A stretch of 58,540 nt of DNA from an uncultured Oscillibacter sp. (GCA_950097035.1 CATNDT010000002.1:1-58540); one strand, 5' to 3'; numbered from the stretch's first letter, positions 1 to 8,152 are shown. The notes: generated by a model not told the origin, from the sequence alone. Program-made: numbers and translations.

Positions 1-1041
1 TGCCAGACGGGCGTTCTGGCCCTCCTTGCCGATGGCCAGGGACAGCTGATCGTCCGGCACCACACAGCGGCAGGCCTTGCCCTCGTCCGCCATCCACACG
101 TCCACCACCTCGGCGGGGGCCAGGGCGGCGGCGATGAACTCCGCCGGGTCCTCGCTCCACTTGATGATGTCGATCTTCTCGCCCCGCAGCTCGTCGACAA
201 TGCCGGCCACCCGCTGGCCCTTGGGGCCAACGCAGGCGCCGATGGGGTCCACGTTCTCCTCGTTGGACCACACGGCCATCTTGGTGCGGCTGCCGGCCTC
301 CCGGGCAATGGATTTTACCTCCACGGTGCCGTCGTAGATCTCCGGGACCTCCAGCTCGAAAAGGCGCTTGACAAGGCCCGGATGGGTGCGGGAGATCAGC
401 ACCTGGGGCCCGCGGGTAGAACGGCGGACATCCACCACATACACCTTCACGTGCATCCCCTCCGCCAGCAGCTCGCCGGGGACCTGTTCGCCGCTCATCA
501 GCAGCGCCTCGGTGGACTCCGTGCCGGTGCCGATGCGGAGCGACACGTTGCCGTTGCGGGGGTCCACCCGGGTGACCACGCCGGTCAATATCTCGTGCTG
601 CTTGGAGTTAAACTCCTCATACACCATGCCCCGCTCGGCCTCCCGCAGGCCCTGGATGATGACCTGCTTGCCGTTTCCCGCGGCGATGCGGCCAAACTCC
701 ATCTTATCCACGGGGATGTTCACAATGTCGCCGATCTCGTACCGGGCGGAGATGGCTTTGGCCTCCTCCAGCGTCAGCTCGTTGGCGGGGTCCACATAGT
801 CCTCCTCGTCCACCACGTTTTTCTGGACGAACATCTTGAGGTCCCGGTGCTCCTCGTCCACGTCCACAATCACATTTTCCACGCCCTCATGGTCCCGTTT
901 ATAGGCGGTGGTGATCGCCTGAATGATCTTATCCATCATAAAGGTGCGGGGGATACTCCGCTCCTTTTCCAGCAGCTCCAGCGCGGCAAAGATCTCCGCG
1001 GGATTCATTCCGGCGGGTTCCTTTTGCTTTTTGCCTCTCAT
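1..1041 (-). CDS. nusA: Transcription termination/antitermination factor NusA (3' end runs off the window)
   Basis: Hand translation from ATG 1041 (RBS AAGGAG at 1051-1056): MRGKKQKEPAGMNPAEIFAALELLEKERSI...SRTHPGLVKRLFELEVPEIYDG...AREAGSRTK...DQLSLAIGKEGQNARLA. Lies downstream of rimP. Absent from the ORF track because it has no stop in the window. Confidence 0.97.
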   Translation of the reverse strand, partial: MRGKKQKEPAGMNPAEIFAALELLEKERSIPRTFMMDKIIQAITTAYKRDHEGVENVIVDVDEEHRDLKMFVQKNVVDEEDYVDPANELTLEEAKAISARYEIGDIVNIPVDKMEFGRIAAGNGKQVIIQGLREAERGMVYEEFNSKQHEILTGVVTRVDPRNGNVSLRIGTGTESTEALLMSGEQVPGELLAEGMHVKVYVVDVRRSTRGPQVLISRTHPGLVKRLFELEVPEIYDGTVEVKSIAREAGSRTKMAVWSNEENVDPIGACVGPKGQRVAGIVDELRGEKIDIIKWSEDPAEFIAAALAPAEVVDVWMADEGKACRCVVPDDQLSLAIGKEGQNARLA

Positions 1042-1110
1042 GGCCCGATTCTCCTTTTACTGAATGTATATTGTTGTAGCGATATATGGCGCTTTCATAC
1101 GGTCAAACGC

Positions 1111-1572
1111 TTAAAATTCCACCCGCAGGCGGATCAGGGCTGTCTCCTGTCTGGAAAAGACCTGGGCCTTTCCATCCACTGTGACGGTGGCGCTGCCGCT
1201 GCATGCGTCGTAACTCTCCAGCACGCCGGCAAACTCCTTCCGTCCATCCCTTGCGCGATAGAGCTTTACCAGCACGGGGCTGCCCAGAAACCGGGCAAAG
1301 TCGCCGGGGCGCTTCAGCGCCCGCTCGGCCCCGGCGGAGCCCACCTCCAGGGTGTAGCTGCCCTCAATGGGGTCCGCCTCGTCCAAAAGCTCTGAGAGCT
1401 TCCGGGATATGGCCTCGCAGTCCAGAATATCCACGCCGCCCTCCTTGTCCAGCAGCACCCGCAGATACCAGGTTCCGGCCTCCTTGACATATTCCACATC
1501 CCAAAGGGTGCAGCTCTGCTCCGCAATGGCGGGGGCCGCCAGCTCGGCAGTGAGTTCTGTTATTTTTTTCAT
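1111..1572 (-). CDS. rimP: Ribosome maturation factor RimP
   Basis: Motifs LWDVEYVKE..LRVLLDKEGGVDILDCEAISR..YTLEVGSAGAERAL; directly upstream of nusA. Start moved to the ATG of MKKITE. Confidence 0.95.
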   Translation of the reverse strand: MKKITELTAELAAPAIAEQSCTLWDVEYVKEAGTWYLRVLLDKEGGVDILDCEAISRKLSELLDEADPIEGSYTLEVGSAGAERALKRPGDFARFLGSPVLVKLYRARDGRKEFAGVLESYDACSGSATVTVDGKAQVFSRQETALIRLRVEF

Positions 1573-1641
1573 GGGGAATTCCCTCGGTTTCTCGCAAAAT
1601 TTCGGGATTTTCACAAAATTTGGCCAGTGAAAAAATCCAAC

Positions 1642-1668
1642 AAAAAGAGCGGACCTGAAGTCCACTCC
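1642..1668 (-). promoter_or_regulatory. rimP leader hairpin/attenuator
   Basis: Minus strand GAGTGGAC-TTCAG-GTCCGCTC-TTTTT between the promoter and rimP. Resembles the terminator-like leader known upstream of rimP-nusA operons. Confidence 0.7.
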
Positions 1669-1693
1669 CATCTTACATACTACTAACATATAC

Positions 1694-1722
1694 AATATAC
1701 CACAGCCTGTGGAAAAGTGCAA
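1694..1722 (-). promoter_or_regulatory. Sigma-A promoter of the rimP-nusA operon
   Basis: TTGCAC-N17-TATATT with an extended -10 TG; the spacer contains TTTTCCACA. Confidence 0.7.
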
Positions 1723-1793
1723 GCATTTCTTTTATCCGTGTGGTGTGTTGGCAAACACAACTGGAATCACCGGCATCGCGGGCGGTTTTCGTT

Positions 1794-1840
1794 TACAAGA
1801 AAGGACCTCGGCCTCTTTCGGGCCGAGGTCCTTTCTTGTA
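1794..1840. repeat. Perfect 20-bp inverted repeat (terminator-like hairpin)
   Basis: TACAAGAAAGGACCTCGGCC-TCTTTCG-GGCCGAGGTCCTTTCTTGTA. Confidence 0.85.
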
Positions 1841-1901
1841 TGGCTTGAAACGTCTATCGTAAACGGGCCGAGGGCCCCGGTCAGTAGTTACGATTGCGAG
1901 T

Positions 1902-1934
1902 AAAAACAAAAAACCCACGCCCTTTCCGGCGTGG
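1902..1934 (-). terminator. Intrinsic terminator downstream of the 27-aa small ORF
   Basis: Minus strand CCACGCC-GGAAAG-GGCGTGG followed by GTTTTTTGTTTTT. Confidence 0.8.
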
Positions 1935-1946
1935 TGCATACGGTTT

Positions 1947-2030
1947 TTACCGCTCACTTTCGGACCAGGTCTCATCTACGAAAATCAGGTCGTCCACGTC
2001 GCCATATATCGGACAAAAGATATCTTTCAT
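1947..2030 (-). CDS. Unannotated 27-aa acidic small protein MKDIFCPIYGDVDDLIFVDETWSESER
   Basis: AGAAAGGAGG Shine-Dalgarno 8 nt before the ATG, its own promoter upstream and a terminator 12 nt after the TAA. Confidence 0.65.
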   Translation of the reverse strand: MKDIFCPIYGDVDDLIFVDETWSESER

Positions 2031-2065
2031 AACAAACGCCTCCTTTCTGCCTTTGTGTTGTGTTC

Positions 2066-2094
2066 ATTATAACATGAATTTTTTGAAACTGCAA
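2066..2094 (-). promoter_or_regulatory. Sigma-A promoter of the small ORF
   Basis: TTGCAG-N17-TATAAT with extended -10 (TGtTATAAT). Confidence 0.75.
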
Positions 2095-2305
2095 CCACAA
2101 TTTATGGTAGAATAAACAAAGGGCAACCTTTTATCTTGTGTGCACCCTCTGTTTTTTAGAATAGACCCGTCGAACCTGCCCGGAAAGTGCGATTTTCACC
2201 GGCGGGCTGTCGTTTCTTTGTGTATTTTTTCTCTCGCAATGAAAGTGCCTTTTATGATATAATGCAAAAATCAATACCAATGTATCGGAGGAGGCGCGTG
2301 GCGCT

Positions 2306-3169
2306 ATGGCAGACCGTCCCAAAAGGCGCCGCCTGCCGCGGGCGGTTTTGGCCCTGCTGGCCCTGGCGCTTTTCACCGCGCTATTCGTCCGCTGGAGCAA
2401 CACCGCACTGCAGACCACCTGCTTTGAGCCGGTCTTTACCGGTCTTCCCGGGGGCTTTGACGGCTGCCGGATCGCCGTGCTCAGCGACCTCCACGGCGCC
2501 AGATTCGGCCGGGAAAATCGGGCGCTCTTTGCCGCCGTGGCGGAGGCGCAGCCGGACTATATTTTTTATCTGGGAGACCTGGAAGACCAGCACCGGGGCT
2601 CCAGCCCCGGCTACGCGGAGGAGGTGGCGGCAGGTCTTTCGGCCATCGCCCCGCTGTACTATGTCACCGGCAACCACGAGTGGGCCGTGGGAGATGTTCC
2701 GCAGCTAAAGGAGCGGCTGGAATCCCACGGGGCCACGGTGCTCTCCAACGAGTTTCTCACCCTGGAGCAAAACGGCGACACGGTGGTGCTGGCGGGTATC
2801 GACGACCCCAACGGCTACGCCGACCAGAAAACCCCTGAGACGGTGGCGGCGGAGCTGTACGCCGCCCACGGCGACCCCTTCTGGCTGCTGCTGGCCCACC
2901 GGAACGACCGCTTTGCGGAGCAGTACAGCCTGCTGGGAGCGGATCTGGTGCTCTCGGGCCACGGCCACGGCGGCATTATCCGCCCGCCCTTTACCGACGG
3001 GCTGCTCTCCACAGAGCGAACCCTTTTTCCCTCCTACACGGCGGGGCTTTATAAAGAACACGGCTCCGCCCTGTTTGTCACCCGGGGACTGGGAAACTCC
3101 GGGTCCACGTTCCGCCTCTTTAACCGCCCGGAGGTGGCTGTGGTGACGCTGCGGAGGCACTCACCTTAA
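2306..3169 (+). CDS. Membrane-anchored calcineurin-like metallophosphoesterase (YkuE-like)
   Basis: N-terminal hydrophobic anchor; motifs SDLH, GDL, GNHE, LAH, GHGHGG; RBS GGAGGAGG. Confidence 0.9.
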   Translation: MADRPKRRRLPRAVLALLALALFTALFVRWSNTALQTTCFEPVFTGLPGGFDGCRIAVLSDLHGARFGRENRALFAAVAEAQPDYIFYLGDLEDQHRGSSPGYAEEVAAGLSAIAPLYYVTGNHEWAVGDVPQLKERLESHGATVLSNEFLTLEQNGDTVVLAGIDDPNGYADQKTPETVAAELYAAHGDPFWLLLAHRNDRFAEQYSLLGADLVLSGHGHGGIIRPPFTDGLLSTERTLFPSYTAGLYKEHGSALFVTRGLGNSGSTFRLFNRPEVAVVTLRRHSP

Positions 3170-3249
3170 AAAGTCCTGAACGGGCACGGGTCCGGAACCG
3201 TACCCCAGCGGTAATAGAGCTGTTCAACCGCTTCCGGGATATCGTTCAT
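3166..3249 (-). pseudogene. Short ORF (27 aa, MNDIPEAVEQLYYRWGTVPDPCPFRTF), probably a remnant of a gene divergent from the XRE fragment
   Basis: RBS AAAGGGGAG upstream of ATG 3249; head-to-head with the XRE remnant. Confidence 0.3.
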
Positions 3250-3298
3250 GGCGTTATCTCCCCTTTAGATAAGTTTTTCGTGTGTCAAGGGGATGTTT

Positions 3299-3412
3299 AT
3301 GGATTTTGCAGAAAGACTTCGCAGGTGGCAGTACTTGTCACAGGCGGATTTTTACAATGTCTCTGTGGACCGGCTTATGGGCCGCACGGAAAACCGGGAG
3401 GTTAACCGCTGA
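3299..3412 (+). pseudogene. Internally deleted XRE/Cro-C1 HTH regulator remnant (37 aa)
   Basis: MDFAERLRRWQYLSQADFYNVSVDRLMGRTENREVNR: typical XRE start (F.ERLR) and end (AD.YNVSVD.L.GRT), but the central HTH is missing. RBS AAGGGGA. Confidence 0.6.
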
Positions 3413-3414
3413 CA

Positions 3415-5261
3415 ATGAGAGAGTTTCCCGCCGGACAATTTGATATCGCCGTTATCGGCGCGGGCCATGCCGGCATTGAGGCCGCCCTGGCCGCCGCCCG
3501 GCTGGGGATGGAGACCGCCATATTTACCATCAATCTGGACGCGGTGGGCAACATGCCCTGCAACCCCGCTATCGGCGGCACCGGCAAGGGCCACCTGGTG
3601 CGGGAGCTGGACGCCCTGGGGGGCGAGATGGCAAAGGCCGCCGACGCGTGCTGTATCCAGTATCGCCTGCTGAACCGGGGCAAGGGGCCCGCCGTGTGGA
3701 GCCTGCGGGCCCAGGCGGACCGGCGGAAGTACCAGGCGTATATGAAGCGTGCCCTGGAGCGGCAGCCTCACCTCACCGTCCGCCAGGGCGAGGTGGTGGA
3801 CATCCGCATGGAAAACGGCGCGGTGTCCGCCGTGGTGCTGGCCACCGGCGCGGTGTTCTCCGCCCGGGCCGTCATCCTCGCCACGGGGACGTATCTCTCC
3901 GGCCGCACCATAGTGGGGGAGTGGGTGGAGGACTCCGGGCCCGACGGCATGCACGCCGCCACCCGGCTGACCGGGCGCCTGCACCGTCTGGGTCTGCCCC
4001 TGCGGCGGTTTAAAACCGGCACGCCGCCCCGGGTCCACGCGGCCACCGTGGACTTTGACGAGATGGAGCTCCAGCTGGGGGACCGGCTGCCCATTCCCTT
4101 CTCCTACTCCACCCGGACGCCGCCGGAAAACCGGGCGGTGTGCTACCTCACCTGGACCACGGAGGAGACAAAGCGGGTGGTACAGGAGAATCTGGACCGG
4201 GCCCCCATGTATTCCGGCCTGATCGAGGGAGTGGGACCCCGGTACTGCCCCTCCTTTGAGACCAAGATCGTCCGCTTTCCCGACAAGCTCCGTCACCAGC
4301 TGTTTGTGGAGCCCATGGGGCTGGACACGGAGGAACTGTACATTCAGGGCTTCTCCTCCTCCATGCCGGAGGAGGTGCAGCTTCAAATGCTCCGCAGCGT
4401 TCCGGGGCTGCACCGCGCCGTGATGACCCGGCCGGCATACGCCATTGAGTACGACTGTGTAGATCCCCTGGCCCTGGCCCCCACGCTGGAGGTGAAATCT
4501 CTTCCGGGGCTCTACGGCGCGGGGCAGTTTAACGGCTCTTCCGGCTATGAGGAGGCGGCGGTGCAGGGGTTTGCTGCCGGCGTAAATGCCGCGCGGAAGC
4601 TCCGGGGCCAGTCCCCCTTTATCCTCTCCCGGGCGGAGTCCTACATCGGCACCCTGATCGACGACCTTGTGACCAAGGGCACCGACGAGCCCTACCGCAT
4701 CATGACCTCCCGCAGCGAATACCGGCTGCTGCTGCGGCAGGACAACGCCGACCGGCGCTTAACACGGCGGGGCTGCGAGCTGGGCCTGGTTCCGCCGGAG
4801 CGGCTGCGCCAGGTGGAGGAGAAGTACGAGGCGGTGGAGCGGGAGATCCGCCGCCTGACCCACACCGGCGTGCCGCCGTCACCGGCGCTGTCCGCGTTTC
4901 TTGCGGAAAAGGGCACCTCGGACGCGGCGGACTGCTGCGGCGGCCCCAGCTGCACTACGACGAGTTCGCCCCCTTTGACCCCGGCCGGCCCGCGCTGCCG
5001 GCGGACGTTGGGGAACAGGTGGAGATCAGCGTGAAATACGAGGGCTATATCCGGCGCCAGCAAAAGCAGGTGGAGGACTTTCAAAAAATGGAGTCCCACG
5101 AGCTGCCCGGCGGTCTGGACTACAGCGCCATCCAGGGCCTGCGGCTGGAGGCCAGGGAAAAACTGAACGCCGTGCGGCCTTTGAACCTGGGACAGGCGGC
5201 GCGAATCTCCGGCGTCTCTCCCGCCGACATTGCGGCGCTGATGATCTATCTTGAGAGATAG
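3415..5261 (+). pseudogene. mnmG: tRNA U34 carboxymethylaminomethyl modification enzyme MnmG (GidA), frameshifted near 4930
   Basis: GAGHAGIEAA, MPCNPAIGG, GPRYCPS, AGQFNGSSGYEEAA and EPYRIMTSRSEYRL are in the first frame. The C-terminal LLRRPQL..VKYEGYI..LGQAARISGVSPADI is in another frame from 4932. Could be a real lesion or an assembly error. Confidence 0.85.
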
Positions 5262-5331
5262 CGGCGTACCTCCGCCTGGGGCGGAATCACTGCCCTGATT
5301 TCTGGGCATCCTATTCAGGAGGCACTTCCTT

Positions 5332-6003
5332 ATGTTGATCGATCTGACCCATACCATCACGCCGGACATGCCGGTATACCCCGGTTCCCCGGCGCCGGTG
5401 TTTTCCCCCTCCGGAACGCTGACCCGCACAGGCTACCGGGAGACCCTGCTCTCCATGGTCTCCCACATTGGCACCCACATGGATGCCCCCTTCCATCTTC
5501 TGCAGGACGGGCAGAGCCTGGATACCCTGCCCCTTTCCCAGTTCTGCGGCCGGGCCGTGGTAGTGGATGTTTCCGCCTTTGCCCCCGGCGAGACCATCAC
5601 TGCAGACTTCCTCCGGGCCCGGAACGGTGAGCTCCGCTCCGCGGACTTTGTGCTGTTTTACACCGGCTGGGAAACCCGTTGGGGCTCTCAGGACTATTTT
5701 GAAGACGCCTTTCCCGTTCCCGACGCGGAGGCGGCGAAATACCTGGTGTCCTGCGGGCTCAAGGGCGTGGGCACCGACGCTTTCAGCGTGGACCGGCTGG
5801 AGAATGTCTCCTATCCCGCCCACAGAGTGCTTCTCTCCGGGGGACTGGTGATTCTGGAAAGCCTGCGGCTGAAAAAGACAGTGGAGCGAAAGCGCTTTAC
5901 CCTGTGGGCCCTGCCGCTGAAATTCATCTCCGCCGACGGCGCGCCCGTACGGGCGGTGGCGGACTTCCGGGAGGAGCCGGAAGGGGGAGGGGAGACACCG
6001 TGA
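5332..6003 (+). CDS. Cyclase-family metal-dependent hydrolase (kynurenine formamidase-like)
   Basis: HIGTHMDAPFH (HxGTHxDxPxH), GTDAFSVD, ILESL, DGAPVRAVA; RBS AGGAGG. Confidence 0.9.
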   Translation: MLIDLTHTITPDMPVYPGSPAPVFSPSGTLTRTGYRETLLSMVSHIGTHMDAPFHLLQDGQSLDTLPLSQFCGRAVVVDVSAFAPGETITADFLRARNGELRSADFVLFYTGWETRWGSQDYFEDAFPVPDAEAAKYLVSCGLKGVGTDAFSVDRLENVSYPAHRVLLSGGLVILESLRLKKTVERKRFTLWALPLKFISADGAPVRAVADFREEPEGGGETP

Positions 6004-7328
6004 GAAAATTTCTCGCCATTTTGGTCTGTAAGCTGGGCCGGGCTGTGGGAAAGCGCATCGGCAAGGGCAGCTCCATGCCCGGCAAAGCCGCCCTGAAGCT
6101 CTGCCCGGACATTCTCGCCAGGGTGCGGCTGCCCTCTCACATCATCGCCGTTACCGGCTCCAATGGAAAGACCTCCACCGTGGAGATGATCGCCGCGATC
6201 CTGCGCTCCGGCGGCAAAAGCGTTATCTACAACGAGGAGGGCTCCAACCAGATCGAGGGCGTGACCACGCTGGTGCTGACCCATGCGGACTTTCACGGCA
6301 GGGTGCGGGCCGACGTGCTCCTGATTGAATCCGACGAGCGTTACGCCGCCAGGAGCTTTCACTATTTTCATCCCACGCAGCTCGTGGTCACCAATCTCTA
6401 CCGGGATCAGCTGACCAGAAACGGCCACCCCGAGTGGGTCTACGACGCCATCCTGCCCGCCATCCACCCGGAGACGGAGCTCATCCTGAACGCCGACGAT
6501 CCCCTCTCCGGCTGCTTTGCCCGGGGGCATGAAAAGGTCAGGTGGTTTGGCCTGGACCGGTGTGCCGTGTCGGTGGCGGTCCCCACGGGCATGTATCACG
6601 ACGGGGCCTACTGCCCCCTCTGCCACGCCCCCATGGAGTATGACTATGTCCACTATAACCACATCGGCGCATACCGCTGCACCGGCTGCGGCCACCGCAA
6701 GCCCGCCGCGGACTACACCGCCACGGCGGTGGATCTGGAGCGGGGTCTTTTGACAATCGACGGCTCTTTGACCGTAGAGCTGGCCTTTCGCAGCATCTAC
6801 AATGTTTATAACATCCTGGCGGCCTACGCCGCCGCCCGGGAAACCGGCGTCCCGGCGGAGACCGCCGCGCCGGTCATCAGCAATTACGTGCTGAAAAACG
6901 GGCGGATGCAGACCTTCACCCTGGGAGCCCATCACGGCACGCTCCTCACCAGCAAGCACGAAAACTCCATTGCCTACGACACAAATCTCCGCTATATTGC
7001 CGCCTCCGGCAAGGACTGTTCCGTGTTGGTGATCGTGGACGCGGTGAGCCGGAAGTATTTTACCAGCGAAACCAGCTGGCTGTGGGACATCGACTTCGGC
7101 CAGCTGAATGTTCCCCATGTAAAGCGGGTAATCCTCTCCGGGCGATACTGCAACGACCTGGCCCAGCGGTTTTCCTTCACCGAAGTGACCTGCTGGGAGG
7201 CAATTGCCGATATCAGGGAGGCCATGGGGACTCTGACTGAGACGGGGGAGGAGGACCTGTATGTGGTGACCTGCTTCTCCGACCGGGACAAACTGCTCTC
7301 CGGCGTTCACGTGGAAAAGGAGGGATAG
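6000..7328 (+). CDS. murT: MurT-like Mur ligase (lipid II isoglutaminyl synthase family, divergent)
   Basis: GSSMPG, P-loop TGSNGKTS, NLYRDQL, LNADDP, Zn finger CPLC...CTGC, C-terminal SWLWDIDF; followed by a gatD-like gene. GTG start overlaps the cyclase stop. Confidence 0.85.
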   Translation: MRKFLAILVCKLGRAVGKRIGKGSSMPGKAALKLCPDILARVRLPSHIIAVTGSNGKTSTVEMIAAILRSGGKSVIYNEEGSNQIEGVTTLVLTHADFHGRVRADVLLIESDERYAARSFHYFHPTQLVVTNLYRDQLTRNGHPEWVYDAILPAIHPETELILNADDPLSGCFARGHEKVRWFGLDRCAVSVAVPTGMYHDGAYCPLCHAPMEYDYVHYNHIGAYRCTGCGHRKPAADYTATAVDLERGLLTIDGSLTVELAFRSIYNVYNILAAYAAARETGVPAETAAPVISNYVLKNGRMQTFTLGAHHGTLLTSKHENSIAYDTNLRYIAASGKDCSVLVIVDAVSRKYFTSETSWLWDIDFGQLNVPHVKRVILSGRYCNDLAQRFSFTEVTCWEAIADIREAMGTLTETGEEDLYVVTCFSDRDKLLSGVHVEKEG

Positions 7329-7332
7329 GCGT

Positions 7333-8067
7333 ATGGACGTTCGCATCATCCACTTTTACCCGGACCTGATGAGCCTTTACGGCAGTTATGCCAATGTGGC
7401 GGTCCTGCGGCGGTATCTGGAGGGACTGGGAAACACCGTATCGGTGGAGACCGTGAGACCGGGGGAGGCGGCACGCCTCTCCGGGGCAGACTTCTTCTTT
7501 ATGGGGGCGGGAACCGAGCGGGCTGCCCGGGCCGCCATGGGGGACTTTGCCCACTTTGGGCCGGAACTGAAGGCCGCGGCGTCCAACGGCTCTGTGATGC
7601 TCTTTGCCGGAACGGCCATGGACCTCCTGGGGCAGACCGTCACCGAGGCGGACGGCGCCGTATGGCAGGGCATCGGCCTGGCGGACTTCTCCACCGTTTA
7701 CAGCAAGCTCCGCACCGTGGAGGACGTATACGGCTACACCGACCTCTATACCGGGCCGGTGGTGGGCTTTATCAATAAGTGCAGCGTCACCCGCGGGGTG
7801 GATACGCCGCTGCTGTCCCGGGTGGAGTTTGGCTGCGGCAACGACGGGACCCGTCTTCCGGAGGGCTTTCACTGGAACAATGTGTTTGCCTCTCAGCTCA
7901 CCGGCCCGCTGCTGGTGAAAAACCCCGACATGCTGAAGGCCGTTGCCGCCGCCATCTGCCGGCAGCGGGGCAAAGCTCTGCCGGAAAACGCGCCCGCAGA
8001 TAAGTGGGCGGAGCGGGGCTATGCCGTCACGGTGGAACAACTGCGGCGGCGGTATGGAACACAGTGA
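7333..8067 (+). CDS. gatD: GatD/CobQ-like class I glutamine amidotransferase fold lacking the catalytic Cys and His
   Basis: HFYPDLMSLYG, GCGND..EG and GPLLVKNP match the GatD framework. LAICGG reads LFAGTA and YxHGP reads QLTGP. Confidence 0.8.
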   Translation: MDVRIIHFYPDLMSLYGSYANVAVLRRYLEGLGNTVSVETVRPGEAARLSGADFFFMGAGTERAARAAMGDFAHFGPELKAAASNGSVMLFAGTAMDLLGQTVTEADGAVWQGIGLADFSTVYSKLRTVEDVYGYTDLYTGPVVGFINKCSVTRGVDTPLLSRVEFGCGNDGTRLPEGFHWNNVFASQLTGPLLVKNPDMLKAVAAAICRQRGKALPENAPADKWAERGYAVTVEQLRRRYGTQ

Positions 8068-8072
8068 TTTTG

Positions 8073-8106
8073 AAGGAGTGCGTTTTTAAAACGCGCTCCT
8101 TTTTTT
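8073..8106 (+). terminator. Intrinsic terminator after gatD
   Basis: AAGGAGTGCGTTTT-TAAAACGCGCTCCTT followed by a T run. Confidence 0.75.
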
Positions 8107-8152
8107 AAAATATTTGAAGAAAATTTTCTCGCGGCGCCGTAATAAAAACAGC

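Noticed and set aside
382-1395. 337-aa plus-strand ORF at the window start
   Set aside because: Antisense shadow of nusA and rimP.
1841-1900. Self-cleaving ribozyme or known riboswitch
   Set aside because: I could not find hammerhead (CUGANGA/GAAA), twister, pistol or c-di-GMP core motifs by eye on either strand. An Rfam scan is still needed.
1947-2030. Type I toxin-antitoxin or RiPP precursor reading of the small ORF
   Set aside because: The peptide is acidic with no TM helix, I found no convincing overlapping antisense unit, and no maturation enzymes or transporter are adjacent.
4900-4940. Programmed -1 frameshift as an explanation for split mnmG
   Set aside because: No X-XXY-YYZ slippery heptamer at the junction, and codons appear to be missing, which fits a deletion or assembly error.
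5019-5261. 80-aa ORF as an independent gene
   Set aside because: It is the C-terminal part of frameshifted MnmG.
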